Shown one piece after another: positions 1 to 10,621 of a DNA stretch of 50,319 nucleotides (position 1 is its first letter; each line of letters starts with the position of its first letter). The notes below the pieces were generated by a model, which was given only the letters and a program-made list of their open reading frames with translations, had not been told where the DNA came from and searched no databases. The DNA comes from an uncultured Candidatus Saccharibacteria bacterium (GTDB lineage Bacteria > Patescibacteriota > Minisyncoccia > Phycocordibacterales > JAACPR01), in the NCBI GenBank assembly GCA_964589635.1, contig CAZPRI010000001.1, positions 1 through 50,319 on the forward strand. Reading direction: 5' to 3'. Position numbers and translations under genes: made by a program.

Positions 1-122
<122 letters not shown>

Positions 123-144
123 TAATTTAAATAAAAAAGAAAAA

Positions 145-175
145 GGCGCGCCCAAAGGGCGCGCCTTTTTCTTTT
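145..175 (+). terminator. Rho-independent terminator after rpsG
   Basis: GGCGCGCCC-AAA-GGGCGCGCC 9-bp GC stem (145-165) followed by a T-run. Confidence 0.8.
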
Positions 176-244
176 ATTAATCATTCGTATGGAACTGAAT
201 TTTGAACTTTCTGAAATAAAACGAAGAGATTTTAAAATCATCCA

Positions 245-338
245 CGTCATCCTTGTGCAGGCAGGGACCCAGGCCTTTTTTAAACCATATCAGTAATATT
301 TTATAAGTCCTAGGTTCCTGTCTTCACAGGAATGACGA
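245..338. repeat. GTCATYC-hairpin composite palindromic element, copy 1 (MITE-like)
   Basis: Arm CGTCATCCTTGTGCAGGCAGGGACCCAGGCC (245-275) faces the inverted arm GTCCTAGGTTCCTGTCTTCACAGGAATGACG (307-338) across an AT-rich spacer. Homologous to 17621-17713. Confidence 0.75.
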
Positions 339-367
339 ATGTGATGAAGTTGATCTGCCGGATGTTT

Positions 368-394
368 ATGTCCTGTGGGTGCAGGAATGACGAA
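368..394. repeat. Solo GTCATYC hairpin arm
   Basis: TGTCCTGTGGGTGCAGGAATGACGAA has the same TCCTG...CAGGAATGACG arm as 307-338. Confidence 0.6.
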
Positions 395-518
395 AAGTGG
401 GGTATTTTAACGTTTGGCATTCAGAAAATTATTCTATTTTTCTTTACTTATCAACAATTTTCAGTACAATACCAATTACCTTTAAGAAGGGGATTTTATT
501 TTTAATTAACAACATTTT

Positions 519-2654
519 ATGAGTAGAGATTATCCATTAGATAAAGTAAGAAACTTCGGTATTATCGCGCATATCGATGCCGGAAAAACAACAACTTCAG
601 AGAGAGTTTTGTTTTATACAGGAGTTTCTCACAAAATTGGTGAAGTTCACGAAGGTGAGGCAGTTATGGACTGGATGGAACAAGAAAGAGAAAGAGGAAT
701 TACTATTACTTCTGCCGCTACAACTTGTTTCTGGTCACCAACATATAACAAAGATGACAAATTTAGATTTAATATTATCGATACTCCAGGTCACGTAGAC
801 TTCACAGCCGAAGTGGAAAGATCTCTAAAAGTTCTCGATGGAGGAGTTGTTGTATTTGATGGTGTAGCTGGTGTTGAACCACAATCAGAAACAGTTTGGA
901 GACAAGCTGACAAGTACAAGGTTCCAAGAATTTGTTTCATTAACAAACTTGATAGAACAGGTGCTTCTTTTGAAAGATCATACCAATCTATTTTGGACAG
1001 ACTTACAAAGGATGCTGTTAGAGCTCAACTACCAATAGGGGAAGAAGAAAACCTTGTGGGTGTTGTTGATCTTATGAAAATGAAAGCGTATTACTTTGAA
1101 GGTAATATGGGAACAGATGTTATTGAAAAAGAAATCCCCGAAGAACTAAAAGCAGATGCTGAAAAATACAGAGCAGAATTCATAGAAAAAATCGTTGAAA
1201 ATGATGATGTACTTATGGAGAAGTTTTTTGCTGGAGAAGAAATTGCAGTAGAAGATTTAAAGAAAGCTCTAAGAGTTGGAGTTATCGCAAACAAGGTTGT
1301 GCCCGTATTCACTGGTTCAGCTCTGAAAAATACAGGAGTACAACTTGTACTTGATGCTGTTGTTGATTACCTTCCGTCTCCAATTGATATTCCACCAATT
1401 ACAGGAATTGATCCAAAAACTGGAGAAGAAGCTATTAGAGAAACAACTGATGAGGCACCTTTCGCAGCTCTTGCCTTTAAGCTTCAAACTGATCCCTTTG
1501 TAGGACAACTTACTTTCTTTAGAGTTTACTCTGGAAAACTTGAGGCTGGATCATATGTTTTGAACGCAACTACAGGAGATAAAGAAAGAGTGGGTAGAAT
1601 TCTAAGAATGCATTCAAACGATAGGGAAGAAGTGAAGGTTGTTTATGCTGGAGAAATCGCTGCCGCTGTTGGTCTAAAGAAAACTATTACTTCAGACACA
1701 TTGTGTGATCCAGCTCACCCAATCGAACTTCATAAAATTGAATTCGCTGAGCCTGTTATCTCACTTAGAATTGAACCGAAGACAAAAGCTGATCAAGAAA
1801 AAATGGGTATTGCTCTTAGAAAACTTTCTGAAGAGGACCCAACTTTCAAAGTTAAATCAGACGAAGAAACATTGGAAACAATTATTTCTGGTATGGGAGA
1901 ACTTCATCTTGAAGTTTTGGTAGATAGAATGAAAAGAGAATTTAATGTAGAAGCTAATGTTGGACAACCGCAAGTTGCATACAGAGAAACTATTACAGGA
2001 AATTCAGAAGCAGAATATAAATACTTGAAGCAATCTGGAGGTAAAGGTCAATACGGTCACGTAAAGATCAGACTAAAACCTATGGATCATGACGTTGATC
2101 TAGAAAAACTTCCAAAGAATGTTAAGAGAGATGAGACTATGGAATTCATCGATTCAATTAAAGGAGGAGTTATTCCATCTGAATATATTCCAGCTTGTCA
2201 AAAGGGAGTAAAAGAATCAATGGATAGAGGTATTGTTGCTGGATATAAGATGGTTGATGTTTCTTGTGAACTTTATGATGGTTCATACCATGATGTCGAT
2301 TCATCAGAAATCGCCTTCAAATTAGCAACTGCTTATGCTTTCACTGAAGCTGTTCAAAAAGCTAAGCCAGTAATACTTGAACCTGTTATGAAAGTTGAAG
2401 TTGTTGTACCAGATAAATTCCTTGGAGATATAACAGGAAACCTTTCTTCAAAGAGAGGACAGATTGAAGGAACACATGAAAGAGGAAATAATATTGTTGC
2501 AATTGATGCACAGGTTCCACTTTCAGAAATGTTTGGTTACACTACAGCACTTAGATCTATGACAGAGGGAAGAGGAAACATCACAATGGAATTTGATCAC
2601 TATGCAATCGTTCCACAAAATGTTGCAGAGGATATTAAAAAATCTAGAGGATAA
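519..2654 (+). CDS. fusA: Translation elongation factor G
   Basis: 711 aa with [10 protein letters not shown] (G1), DTPGHVDF (G3) and NKLD (G4). Full-length EF-G domains; follows rpsG. Confidence 0.97.
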   Translation: MSRDYPLDKVRNFGIIAHIDAGKTTTSERVLFYTGVSHKIGEVHEGEAVMDWMEQERERGITITSAATTCFWSPTYNKDDKFRFNIIDTPGHVDFTAEVERSLKVLDGGVVVFDGVAGVEPQSETVWRQADKYKVPRICFINKLDRTGASFERSYQSILDRLTKDAVRAQLPIGEEENLVGVVDLMKMKAYYFEGNMGTDVIEKEIPEELKADAEKYRAEFIEKIVENDDVLMEKFFAGEEIAVEDLKKALRVGVIANKVVPVFTGSALKNTGVQLVLDAVVDYLPSPIDIPPITGIDPKTGEEAIRETTDEAPFAALAFKLQTDPFVGQLTFFRVYSGKLEAGSYVLNATTGDKERVGRILRMHSNDREEVKVVYAGEIAAAVGLKKTITSDTLCDPAHPIELHKIEFAEPVISLRIEPKTKADQEKMGIALRKLSEEDPTFKVKSDEETLETIISGMGELHLEVLVDRMKREFNVEANVGQPQVAYRETITGNSEAEYKYLKQSGGKGQYGHVKIRLKPMDHDVDLEKLPKNVKRDETMEFIDSIKGGVIPSEYIPACQKGVKESMDRGIVAGYKMVDVSCELYDGSYHDVDSSEIAFKLATAYAFTEAVQKAKPVILEPVMKVEVVVPDKFLGDITGNLSSKRGQIEGTHERGNNIVAIDAQVPLSEMFGYTTALRSMTEGRGNITMEFDHYAIVPQNVAEDIKKSRG

Positions 2655-2678
2655 TTTTAATATACTTATTCACAAAAA

Positions 2679-2706
2679 GCCGCGGCTTCGCCGCGGCTTT
2701 TTGCTT
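2679..2706 (+). terminator. Rho-independent terminator after fusA
   Basis: AGCCGCGGC-TTC-GCCGCGGCT stem followed by TTTT. Confidence 0.8.
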
Positions 2707-2728
2707 TTCATTGTTATAATAAATACAT

Positions 2729-5700
2729 ATGAAAAAATATTTATTGTTAGCTTTGTTAACGTTTGTTCCGTTTTTTGCAAGCGCTCAAGAAGCACCAGGG
2801 TTATATGTTTCAGATTTATTAATTGAAAAAACAAATTATCAAATAGGAGAGAATGTGACAGGAAGTTTTGACATATTCAATAGTTCAGAATCAGACGCAT
2901 CTGATTTGTATTATTCGTTATCATTAGTAAACGAAAGCTCAGTAACGGGAATAGGTAGTTCAGAAATCGAAGGACCATTTTTTGTGCATGCAAGCACTTC
3001 TGCTCCCGTGAATTTTGTCTATAAAATAAATGAAAAAATAGAGGATTCTAATCAATTACAAGTATCTCTGCATAAAAATAATGGTGCTGTTGTTGCGACA
3101 GGAAAAATAAATATTACTATTTCTGGAGATAATTTAAATTTTGCGGAATACAAACTAAAGGTTCCTTCATTGGTTGATGCTTACGAAACTGAAATACCTA
3201 CAATTGAAGAAATAGAGAGTAGAGAGGTTGGTGAGATGTCTTTTGATGAATTGGAAAAAGAAATTTTCATGATTCAACAATTTCAAGATGGTGATACAGA
3301 TTTCACACTGAATGATGTTCCTTATGTAGAAAAAGATGAAGAATTACTACTTATCGTTGATGAAGAGATTGAAGAGGTTGAAATAACAATATATAGAAAA
3401 AACTTCAACGGAGAGAATGTTTATTCATCCGTTCCTACTCCAGAAGATAACGATGGAGAAAAAAATATAACTATTCCAACTAATTTCACAGCCGGATATT
3501 ATGTCGGAGAAATTAAAGTTGATGGATATGTTACTTCACGATTTTCTTATAATATATTAGGAACACAGGCTGATATATTTAGTCTTACTTCAGATTCTCT
3601 TTCTCCAAAAAAAGGAGAATCATTTAATGTGAATTTAGTTTTGGGAGGGTGGCCTGTTGATGTGATAGGTTCTGAAGTTAATTCACAGCCAGAATACGTT
3701 GATATAGATTTGTTAGTTACAAATCAAAAAGGTGAGGTTGTTGATCAATATTCTCAGACTGTAATGGTTCCTGAGGTTATCGAAGAAAATGGTCAAACAA
3801 GTAATATATTCAACCTACCTATTAATCTAAAAGCAAAAAGTTCAGCAGAGAGCTTAACATTTGATTTGTTTGTTTATGATTCAGATACAGGGCAAATCCT
3901 AGATAGTCTACAGACAACTTTTGGATCTGAAATTAATGAAGAAAGTCCTAGTCTGAAAGTACTAATAGTTTCACTAATAATATTAATAGCTCTTTCTGCA
4001 ATTATATTTGCATTCAAGCTTGGTAAAAAAATACCAACAGTTGTATTAGTTCTTCTATTTGCATTAACAGTTTTCGGTTCATTTTCTACAGAAAAAACAG
4101 AGGCCTCATGGTGGACAGCAATAATTGATTCGCATAATGCATATTACAAGGGAGCACCTTCTGTGAGAGCATTGTGGGTACAAAATGGATATCTTAATAT
4201 CGATACTCCAAAACTGTATAGTGTGAAAAAATATCAACCAAATGAATCATTCACTTATGATGCAACATACTCAATTATTGCAGGAACATCGAATGGTTAT
4301 CTAGGATATATGATTGGAACACCTAGTGAGGCAGACTGGCACACATATACAAGTCTTGAATCTGCAAAGGCAGGTATACAATATTATTTAGATAACTACT
4401 CACTTCCATATTGGGCTATAAACTGGTACGGGCAATGTCTTGATGGAAATGCAGTTTCTTGTAATTTTTTGGATGGATACTCTAACCTATATGGTATCGA
4501 TATAGATGCACGACTAGCTGCTTCAACATTCACAGAAGAATTTTCAGGGTATTCATTTAGCAAGAGTTATTCTTACTCACACAATATGACAATGCCTTCT
4601 ACTCCTGGAGACTATTACATTCCTCTTCATATAACTTACTGTACTGCTTCTCATGGTTGCGCAGATAAAACATATATACAAAGAGTTGAAGTCACTGAAG
4701 ATACTGGTTCATTTTTAGGTGCACCTATTATTGAGGGCCCAAGCACTGGTAAAATTGATGAAGTGTTGAATTTCACAGCTGTAACATATTCTGAAGTCGC
4801 TTCAAATGGATCATTCATTAAAAAAGCCTTGGCTCAAGGTGCAGGTGATCAGGTTAGATATGGAATAGATTGGGATAATAATGATTCTATTGATGAATGG
4901 GCACCTTCTACTGGATATGAAAATATAGGTATAAAAGTCCCTTTCTCTAATTCTTGGGACACTACAGGAAGTTATACTTTTAAAGTATTAGCTGAAAATC
5001 AGGCTGGACTACAATCAGCCTGGACAACAAAAAATATCTTGATAGGAGAATATGACACATGCAGTGATTTTCCTGGAGAAAGGGAATGCATATCTAATAC
5101 ATGGCATGAATGGGTCTGCACATCTGATGGCTGGGAATTGTCTAATACGGGTGAGGTGTGCACAGTGGCTGATGATTATACATTGAGTTGTAGTTACAGT
5201 CCTTCAAGTTCAGTTGCTGAGGGGGGTAGTGTTACTGTCGAGGCTAGCATCTATAAAAATAATACCCTTCAGGAGGATGTTGACTTTGATTTTATATGGA
5301 AATTAAATGGTAATATAGTTAATAGTAATAATAAATCTGTTACTTTCGACAATTTAGATAATGGGTTTTATAATCTATTTCTCGAATTAGAGGACTTGAA
5401 TGAAGGAAAAAAAGTCGAAAATTTCCTAGAAGCCTGTCCATTCTCTATTGGTTCTAGTATTGAAGTTCCAGAAATATCTAGCTTCAAAATTACACCAAAC
5501 TTTGCTCCAAATTGTAAAGCATCATTTGTTGCAACAAATGTGACTACCTGTTCAATTATCGATGTTGATGGAGCTACTGTTGGTGAACCAATTTCTGATA
5601 TTGATGATGGTGATACTGATAGTACTATTAATGCTACGAATCGTCCTGTAGAAAAAGTTGGAACATTTCGTGTCAGATGTGAGGGATCAAATACAAAAAC

Positions 5701-5758
5701 AGTCTTCTCTGAAAACACACAAAAGTGTTCTTCAGTTGGAGATTTTATCCAGACATAA
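2729..5758 (+). CDS. Large secreted/membrane-associated protein of unknown function (PKD-like and Cys-rich C-terminal regions)
   Basis: 1009-aa ORF with an N-terminal signal peptide MKKYLLLALLTFVPFFASA. Internal hydrophobic pair near aa 408-455. A YGIDWDNNDSIDEW...SYTFKVLAENQAGLQSAW segment looks PKD-like. Confidence 0.7.
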   Translation: MKKYLLLALLTFVPFFASAQEAPGLYVSDLLIEKTNYQIGENVTGSFDIFNSSESDASDLYYSLSLVNESSVTGIGSSEIEGPFFVHASTSAPVNFVYKINEKIEDSNQLQVSLHKNNGAVVATGKINITISGDNLNFAEYKLKVPSLVDAYETEIPTIEEIESREVGEMSFDELEKEIFMIQQFQDGDTDFTLNDVPYVEKDEELLLIVDEEIEEVEITIYRKNFNGENVYSSVPTPEDNDGEKNITIPTNFTAGYYVGEIKVDGYVTSRFSYNILGTQADIFSLTSDSLSPKKGESFNVNLVLGGWPVDVIGSEVNSQPEYVDIDLLVTNQKGEVVDQYSQTVMVPEVIEENGQTSNIFNLPINLKAKSSAESLTFDLFVYDSDTGQILDSLQTTFGSEINEESPSLKVLIVSLIILIALSAIIFAFKLGKKIPTVVLVLLFALTVFGSFSTEKTEASWWTAIIDSHNAYYKGAPSVRALWVQNGYLNIDTPKLYSVKKYQPNESFTYDATYSIIAGTSNGYLGYMIGTPSEADWHTYTSLESAKAGIQYYLDNYSLPYWAINWYGQCLDGNAVSCNFLDGYSNLYGIDIDARLAASTFTEEFSGYSFSKSYSYSHNMTMPSTPGDYYIPLHITYCTASHGCADKTYIQRVEVTEDTGSFLGAPIIEGPSTGKIDEVLNFTAVTYSEVASNGSFIKKALAQGAGDQVRYGIDWDNNDSIDEWAPSTGYENIGIKVPFSNSWDTTGSYTFKVLAENQAGLQSAWTTKNILIGEYDTCSDFPGERECISNTWHEWVCTSDGWELSNTGEVCTVADDYTLSCSYSPSSSVAEGGSVTVEASIYKNNTLQEDVDFDFIWKLNGNIVNSNNKSVTFDNLDNGFYNLFLELEDLNEGKKVENFLEACPFSIGSSIEVPEISSFKITPNFAPNCKASFVATNVTTCSIIDVDGATVGEPISDIDDGDTDSTINATNRPVEKVGTFRVRCEGSNTKTVFSENTQKCSSVGDFIQT

Positions 5759-5774
5759 TATAAATATAAAAAAA

Positions 5775-5802
5775 CCGACCTGTTCTACAGGTCGGCTTTT
5801 TT
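5775..5802 (+). terminator. Rho-independent terminator
   Basis: CCGACCTG-TTCTA-CAGGTCGG followed by CTTTTTT. Confidence 0.75.
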
Positions 5803-5844
5803 AATAAGAATGACTACTGATAATTATCCTGATATAATTACGAT

Positions 5845-6105
5845 ATGAGTAATGTTGAATTTGATGATGAGCGGAATTTTAATACGAGTGCGCACTTTGT
5901 AGAAAAAAATTCTGCAATAATTCAAAAACTAATTGATCTTGGTATTGTCACTGATAAAAAATCAGCAAATATTCTTCTAGTTAGTATTGCAGTGGTTTTT
6001 CTTGTAGTTAGTTTGTTCTTATTCTTTAAAGTTTTCTCTAATGGTCCAGGAGCAAATAATGACCTTCCAGAAGATTTCCTTCCAGAAGACCTATTGTTGC
6101 CTTGA
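5845..6105 (+). CDS. Small single-pass membrane protein
   Basis: 86-aa ORF with one TM (ILLVSIAVVFLVVSLFLFFKVF) and an acidic PEDFLPEDLL tail. Ends TGA TGA TAA. Confidence 0.45.
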   Translation: MSNVEFDDERNFNTSAHFVEKNSAIIQKLIDLGIVTDKKSANILLVSIAVVFLVVSLFLFFKVFSNGPGANNDLPEDFLPEDLLLP

Positions 6106-6158
6106 TGATAAAAATATTACGACTTGCTTTTTATTGATATTTTGTTATTTTGATATTC

Positions 6159-6320
6159 ATAAGACCGAAGACAAGAGGCACACAACCACGTAAAATCAAT
6201 TTTATAAAAATTGACCACGTGGTAAATAAGTCCTCTCGAGGTTCTGCTTAAGAAGTTTTTTAAACAGACATCTTGTACCTATCGATCAGTCGGTCTTATA
6301 ACTGGTCGGTTTTTTATTAG
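6159..6320 (+). promoter_or_regulatory. Structured 5' leader upstream of rplJ (L10-leader-like)
   Basis: Nested helices: ATAAGACCGA (6159-6168) with TCGGTCTTAT (6290-6299), AGAGG with CCTCT, ACCACGT with ACGTGGT, and TCAATTTT with AAAATTGA. Lies directly 5' of rplJ. Confidence 0.4.
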
Positions 6321-6360
6321 AAAAGAATTATTTTTAATTCTTAATTTCTAGAGCCTAAAT

Positions 6361-6849
6361 ATGGCAATTACAAAAGATAAAAAGAAAGAAATACTAAAGA
6401 AATTGAATGACGTTACTACTCAAGAGTCAGTAGTGTTTGTAAATTTCCATAGTTTACCTGTTGCTGAAACTACAGAGTTGAGAAGAGAACTTCGATCAAA
6501 AGAAGTTAATTACTTTGTGGCAAAAAAGACATTGGTAAAAAAAGCATTTCAGGATTCAAAAATAAAAGGAGACCTTCCAGAGCTAGAAGGGGAACTTGCT
6601 GTTGTGTATGCAAATGACTCTACAACTGCTGCGAGAGAAATCTATTCTTTCCAAAAGAAATTTACAGATAAAATAAATATCTTAGGAGGAGTTTTTGAAG
6701 ACAAGTTCTTGAATAAATCTGAAATGGAGGAGATTGCTCTAATTCCATCAATCGATGTTCTTAGAGGAATGTTCGTGAATGTTATTAATTCACCAATTCA
6801 AGGATTTGCAATGGCAATAAAAGCAATTGCTGAAAGTAAAGAAGCGTAA
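6361..6849 (+). CDS. rplJ: 50S ribosomal protein L10
   Basis: 162 aa with an L10-like sequence, immediately upstream of rplL. Confidence 0.9.
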   Translation: MAITKDKKKEILKKLNDVTTQESVVFVNFHSLPVAETTELRRELRSKEVNYFVAKKTLVKKAFQDSKIKGDLPELEGELAVVYANDSTTAAREIYSFQKKFTDKINILGGVFEDKFLNKSEMEEIALIPSIDVLRGMFVNVINSPIQGFAMAIKAIAESKEA

Positions 6850-6870
6850 GTTATTAACTAAAATTTAATT

Positions 6871-7329
6871 ATGTCAGACGAACAAAACGTAAATACAGAA
6901 GAAGTAAAGAATGAAGTTGTTGCCGAGACTCCTGTAGTAGAAGAGACTACTGAAGAAGTTGAAGTTCCTGCTAAATTCGTAAAACTTGTTGAAGAGGTTG
7001 AGAACATGAGTGTTCTTGAACTAAACGAACTTGTAAAGGTTCTTGAAAAGAAATTTGGAGTTTCTGCTGTTGCTATGGCAGCACCAGCAGCCGGAGGAGC
7101 AGAAGCAGCAGAAGAAAAAGATGAATTCACTGTTCATTTAGCAGATGTTGGAGCATCAAAAATTGGTGTTATTAAGTCTGTTAAAGAAATCTTAGGTCTT
7201 GGTCTTAAAGAAGCCAAAGATTTAGTAGATGGAGCACCATCTGATCTTAAGACAGGAGCGAAAAAAGAAGAGGCTGAATCAATGAAAGCTAAACTAGAAG
7301 AAGCTGGAGCAAAGGTTGAACTTAAATAA
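6871..7329 (+). CDS. rplL: 50S ribosomal protein L7/L12 (with acidic N-terminal extension)
   Basis: C-terminal domain [27 protein letters not shown]...[14 protein letters not shown] is canonical L7/L12. Confidence 0.95.
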   Translation: MSDEQNVNTEEVKNEVVAETPVVEETTEEVEVPAKFVKLVEEVENMSVLELNELVKVLEKKFGVSAVAMAAPAAGGAEAAEEKDEFTVHLADVGASKIGVIKSVKEILGLGLKEAKDLVDGAPSDLKTGAKKEEAESMKAKLEEAGAKVELK

Positions 7330-7348
7330 ATAAAACTTTTACACAGAT

Positions 7349-7386
7349 AAAACAAAAGCCGCACCAAAGGTGCGGCTTTTGTTTTA
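7349..7386 (+). terminator. Rho-independent terminator after rplL
   Basis: AAAACAAAAGCCGCACC-AAA-GGTGCGGCTTTTGTTTT. Confidence 0.85.
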
Positions 7387-7417
7387 TAATTAATACATAT
7401 AAATTAATAAAATATCT

Positions 7418-8701
7418 ATGAGTCCTAAATTATTTAAAATAGTTTCGATTTCTGCAATAGCTTTTGTTGCAGCAATGTCTATTGTTAACATTAAAAATTC
7501 TGAATTAAGCACAGTAAAGGATGGTGCATTTTCAAATAATGAAAATACTTTTGTGACATTAACTCCTGGGGTAGATCATTACTTCACTGTTGGAAAGGAA
7601 GGCCTAACTTTTTCTCAATTGACAGAGTCTGGTTTTAAACTCGATGATAATCGTTCTGTTGCTGGATATGTTTTAACCTGGGAGGATTCTGAAAAGCCAG
7701 ATAATACGGATAGGCAAGATTCTATTTATTATCAATCAAATCGTGTTTGGAAAAAATTTGGAAGCAGAGATTCTTTTGGAGATGAAAAAATTTCGAATTA
7801 CTTCGTTATACGAACACTTTCAACTAGACCGAGTATAAATTTAAATCTTCCTACTCATGTTACATACTTCGGTAGTACAAAATATAATTCAAGTGATAGA
7901 CCTTGGGAGAATGAAGATATCTCAGATGATTTTCCAAAAATTTATACTGAATTAATTAGTACATCTACTACAAATACTGATGATTCAACTATGGGGATTT
8001 ATTCTGCAAGATTCGAACTAACTGCAGAGGGTGGAGATGTGTATATTCCGAAAGAGGTTATAAGAACTAATCCAGAAAAAGATTCAAAAATAGAACCAGG
8101 GTTAAATATTTTTATAAAAAACTCTAAGAACAACATAATAAGTGAGCAGGATGCTGAATTTTCTTACAGTGTAAACACTTCAGCTGATACGGATTCAAAC
8201 TTCTATGTAATTGATGAGGGAGATACTGAAAGATTTGATTTAAAATTCGTAATTAATGATGTTAAAGATGATGGAATTTACAGAATCATGATGAAGGGTT
8301 TCACTTATTTTGACTCATCATCATACAATTCAGGCGATTCCAGAGTGCATGATTTTGGTTCAAATAATCGTTTTGCCTCAGAAAACCTTTTCATAAAGGG
8401 TGGTAATAGTTCAGAAGTTGGTGTTTGTAATATGACAAGAGATTTAAGTATTGGATCATCAGGTACTGATGTTGTTGCATTGCAGGATCTATTGGTGGAA
8501 AAAGGTTTACTGTCGTTCCCAGACGGGACTGCAAAGGGATATTTCGGTTCATCAACACAATCTGCTTTGGCTAAGTACCAGTCTCAAGAAAAAATAACGC
8601 TATTTTCTAATCTTACATATGGTCTTACTGGGCGAACAATAGAAAATGGTTATTTTGGATATCTTACTAGGTTGTACATAACAAATAATTGTAGGGGATA
8701 A
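7418..8701 (+). CDS. Secreted protein with C-terminal peptidoglycan-binding-like domain
   Basis: 427 aa with an N-terminal signal/anchor. The C-terminus GTDVVALQDLLVEKGLL...GYFGSSTQSALAKYQ resembles a PG_binding_1 repeat. Confidence 0.7.
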   Translation: MSPKLFKIVSISAIAFVAAMSIVNIKNSELSTVKDGAFSNNENTFVTLTPGVDHYFTVGKEGLTFSQLTESGFKLDDNRSVAGYVLTWEDSEKPDNTDRQDSIYYQSNRVWKKFGSRDSFGDEKISNYFVIRTLSTRPSINLNLPTHVTYFGSTKYNSSDRPWENEDISDDFPKIYTELISTSTTNTDDSTMGIYSARFELTAEGGDVYIPKEVIRTNPEKDSKIEPGLNIFIKNSKNNIISEQDAEFSYSVNTSADTDSNFYVIDEGDTERFDLKFVINDVKDDGIYRIMMKGFTYFDSSSYNSGDSRVHDFGSNNRFASENLFIKGGNSSEVGVCNMTRDLSIGSSGTDVVALQDLLVEKGLLSFPDGTAKGYFGSSTQSALAKYQSQEKITLFSNLTYGLTGRTIENGYFGYLTRLYITNNCRG

Positions 8702-8719
8702 AAAAAGACAGTATCTATA

Positions 8720-8746
8720 AAAAGCGGCCCGAAGGGCCGCTTTTTT
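8720..8746 (+). terminator. Rho-independent terminator
   Basis: GCGGCCC-GAA-GGGCCGC followed by TTTTTT. Confidence 0.85.
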
Positions 8747-8831
8747 AACACCTTACATAAAAACAAACTTAATAATCTGTCCCAACTCAATCTACACCAC
8801 TTCAGATACTTCAATTAAAGCATGAATTCTG

Positions 8832-8859
8832 TTGACATATACTATCCTTTTGTTAATAT
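8832..8859 (+). promoter_or_regulatory. Sigma70-type promoter for tuf-S10 transcription unit
   Basis: TTGACA (8832-8837), 16-nt spacer ending TGT, TAATAT (8854-8859); extended -10. Confidence 0.55.
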
Positions 8860-8975
8860 ACTTCTACTTATAGATTGCGCTTTTCATATGTGCATTCATT
8901 AGGTGTTTCTTTTTTTAAGGCACTTTCTCGCGCCCTTACAAAAGGAAATATTTTATTCATTATATTTAAAATAAT

Positions 8976-10172
8976 ATGTCAGAAACATTTGATAGATCAA
9001 AACCACACGTAAACGTTGGAACAATTGGTCACGTTGACCACGGAAAAACAACACTTACTGCTGCTATCCTGAGCACTCTTGATAAAAAAGGAGATGGATA
9101 CACAGCTTCAATTAAGGATGTTACACAAATTGATAGTGCCCCAGAAGAAAAAGCTAGAGGAATTACAATCGCTTTGTCTCATTCAGAATATGCTACACCA
9201 AGTAGACACTATGCTCACATTGATGCTCCAGGTCACGCCGACTACATTAAAAACATGATTACTGGTGCTGCCCAAATGGACGGTGCTGTACTTGTAGTTG
9301 CTGCCTCAGACGGTATGATGCCACAAACTAGAGAACACGTTCTTCTTGCAAAACAAGTTGGTGTTCCAAAGATTATCGTATTTATTAACAAGTGCGATAC
9401 AGTTGATGATACTGAAATGATTGAACTTGTAGAAGAAGAAATCAAGGATCTTCTAGACCAACATGGTTTCGATGGTCAAAACACACCATTTGTTAGAGGT
9501 TCTGCTCTAAAAGCTTTAGAAGAAGGACCAGATGGAGAATGGGGAGGAAAAATTATGGAACTTGTAGAACACATGGATTCATACATCCCGACACCAGTTA
9601 GGGAAACTGACAAACCTTTCCTTATGCCAGTAGAAGACATTTTCTCAATCGAAGGTAGAGGAACTGTTGTTACAGGAAGAATCGAAAGAGGTGTTATTAA
9701 AGTTGGGCAAGAAGTAGAAGTAGTTGGTATCAAAGATACAGTTAAAACTACAATTACTGGAGTAGAGATGTTCAACAAGTCTCTTGAGTCAGGAATGGCA
9801 GGAGATAACGCTGGTCTACTTGTAAGAGGTCTTAAGAAAGAAGAAATTCACAGAGGACAAGTTCTTGCTGCACCAGGATCAGTAACTCCACATACAGAAT
9901 TCGAAGCTGAAGTTTATATTCTAAAGAAAGAGGAAGGAGGAAGACACACACCATTCTTCACAGGATACAAACCACAATTCTACATTAGAACTACTGACGT
10001 TACAGGTGAAGTTTCACTTGCTGAAGGAGTAGAAATGGTTATGCCAGGAGACACAGTTACTTTCAAAGTAAAACTTGTGAACCCAGTTGCTCTTGAAGAT
10101 CAAACAAGATTCGCTATTAGAGAAGGAGGTAGAACTGTAGGAGCTGGAGTTGTGACAAAAGTTACAGCCTAA
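8976..10172 (+). CDS. tuf: Translation elongation factor Tu
   Basis: 398 aa with [18 protein letters not shown] and NKCD. Confidence 0.98.
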   Translation: MSETFDRSKPHVNVGTIGHVDHGKTTLTAAILSTLDKKGDGYTASIKDVTQIDSAPEEKARGITIALSHSEYATPSRHYAHIDAPGHADYIKNMITGAAQMDGAVLVVAASDGMMPQTREHVLLAKQVGVPKIIVFINKCDTVDDTEMIELVEEEIKDLLDQHGFDGQNTPFVRGSALKALEEGPDGEWGGKIMELVEHMDSYIPTPVRETDKPFLMPVEDIFSIEGRGTVVTGRIERGVIKVGQEVEVVGIKDTVKTTITGVEMFNKSLESGMAGDNAGLLVRGLKKEEIHRGQVLAAPGSVTPHTEFEAEVYILKKEEGGRHTPFFTGYKPQFYIRTTDVTGEVSLAEGVEMVMPGDTVTFKVKLVNPVALEDQTRFAIREGGRTVGAGVVTKVTA

Positions 10173-10259
10173 CTCAATTATTAGCCCTTTTTGGGAGATA
10201 GGAAATTGAAATAACACGTTGTTAACAAACACTATTTTCCTGATTTAAGGTAATTCATT

Positions 10260-10595
10260 ATGACAAAAACAGACAAAAAAGAAGTCGCAGGTTCAAAACT
10301 TAGAATTAGAGTTAGAGCTTATGACCACAAAATATTAGATCAATCAGTTAAATTAATAATTGATACTGCTCTTAGATTTGATGCAAAAGTAAGTGGTCCA
10401 ATTCCACTTCCAACAGAGATCAAAAAATACACAGTCAATAGGTCATCATTCGTGTACAAAGATGCGCGAGAACAATTTGAAATGAGAGTACATAAAAGAC
10501 TTATTGACATTTTAGATCCTGATGCTAAAGTTGTCGAATCATTAACAAACTTAAGTTTACCTTCAGGAGTAGATATTGACGTGAAGATGATATAA
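10260..10595 (+). CDS. rpsJ: 30S ribosomal protein S10
   Basis: 111 aa; [15 protein letters not shown] is typical of S10. First gene of the S10 operon. Confidence 0.95.
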   Translation: MTKTDKKEVAGSKLRIRVRAYDHKILDQSVKLIIDTALRFDAKVSGPIPLPTEIKKYTVNRSSFVYKDAREQFEMRVHKRLIDILDPDAKVVESLTNLSLPSGVDIDVKMI

Positions 10596-10621
10596 GATTG
10601 ATCAGATTAAAATCTCAGAAT

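Noticed and set aside
577-1923. Short ORFs overlapping fusA on either strand (577-798, 1091-1312, 1317-1508, 1705-1923)
   Set aside because: They lie wholly inside the well-supported EF-G reading frame, are low-complexity and have no independent signals. They are shadow ORFs typical of AT-rich DNA. The same applies to track ORFs inside tuf, rplC, rplD, rplL, rpsE, rplF, secY, the ATPase, the ABC exporter and murD.
4025-4031. The 1009-aa ORF as an artefactual fusion of two genes through an A7 indel
   Set aside because: Removing one A gives a stop 8 codons later, but no start codon is available for a second gene. The single ORF is kept, with the topology oddity noted.
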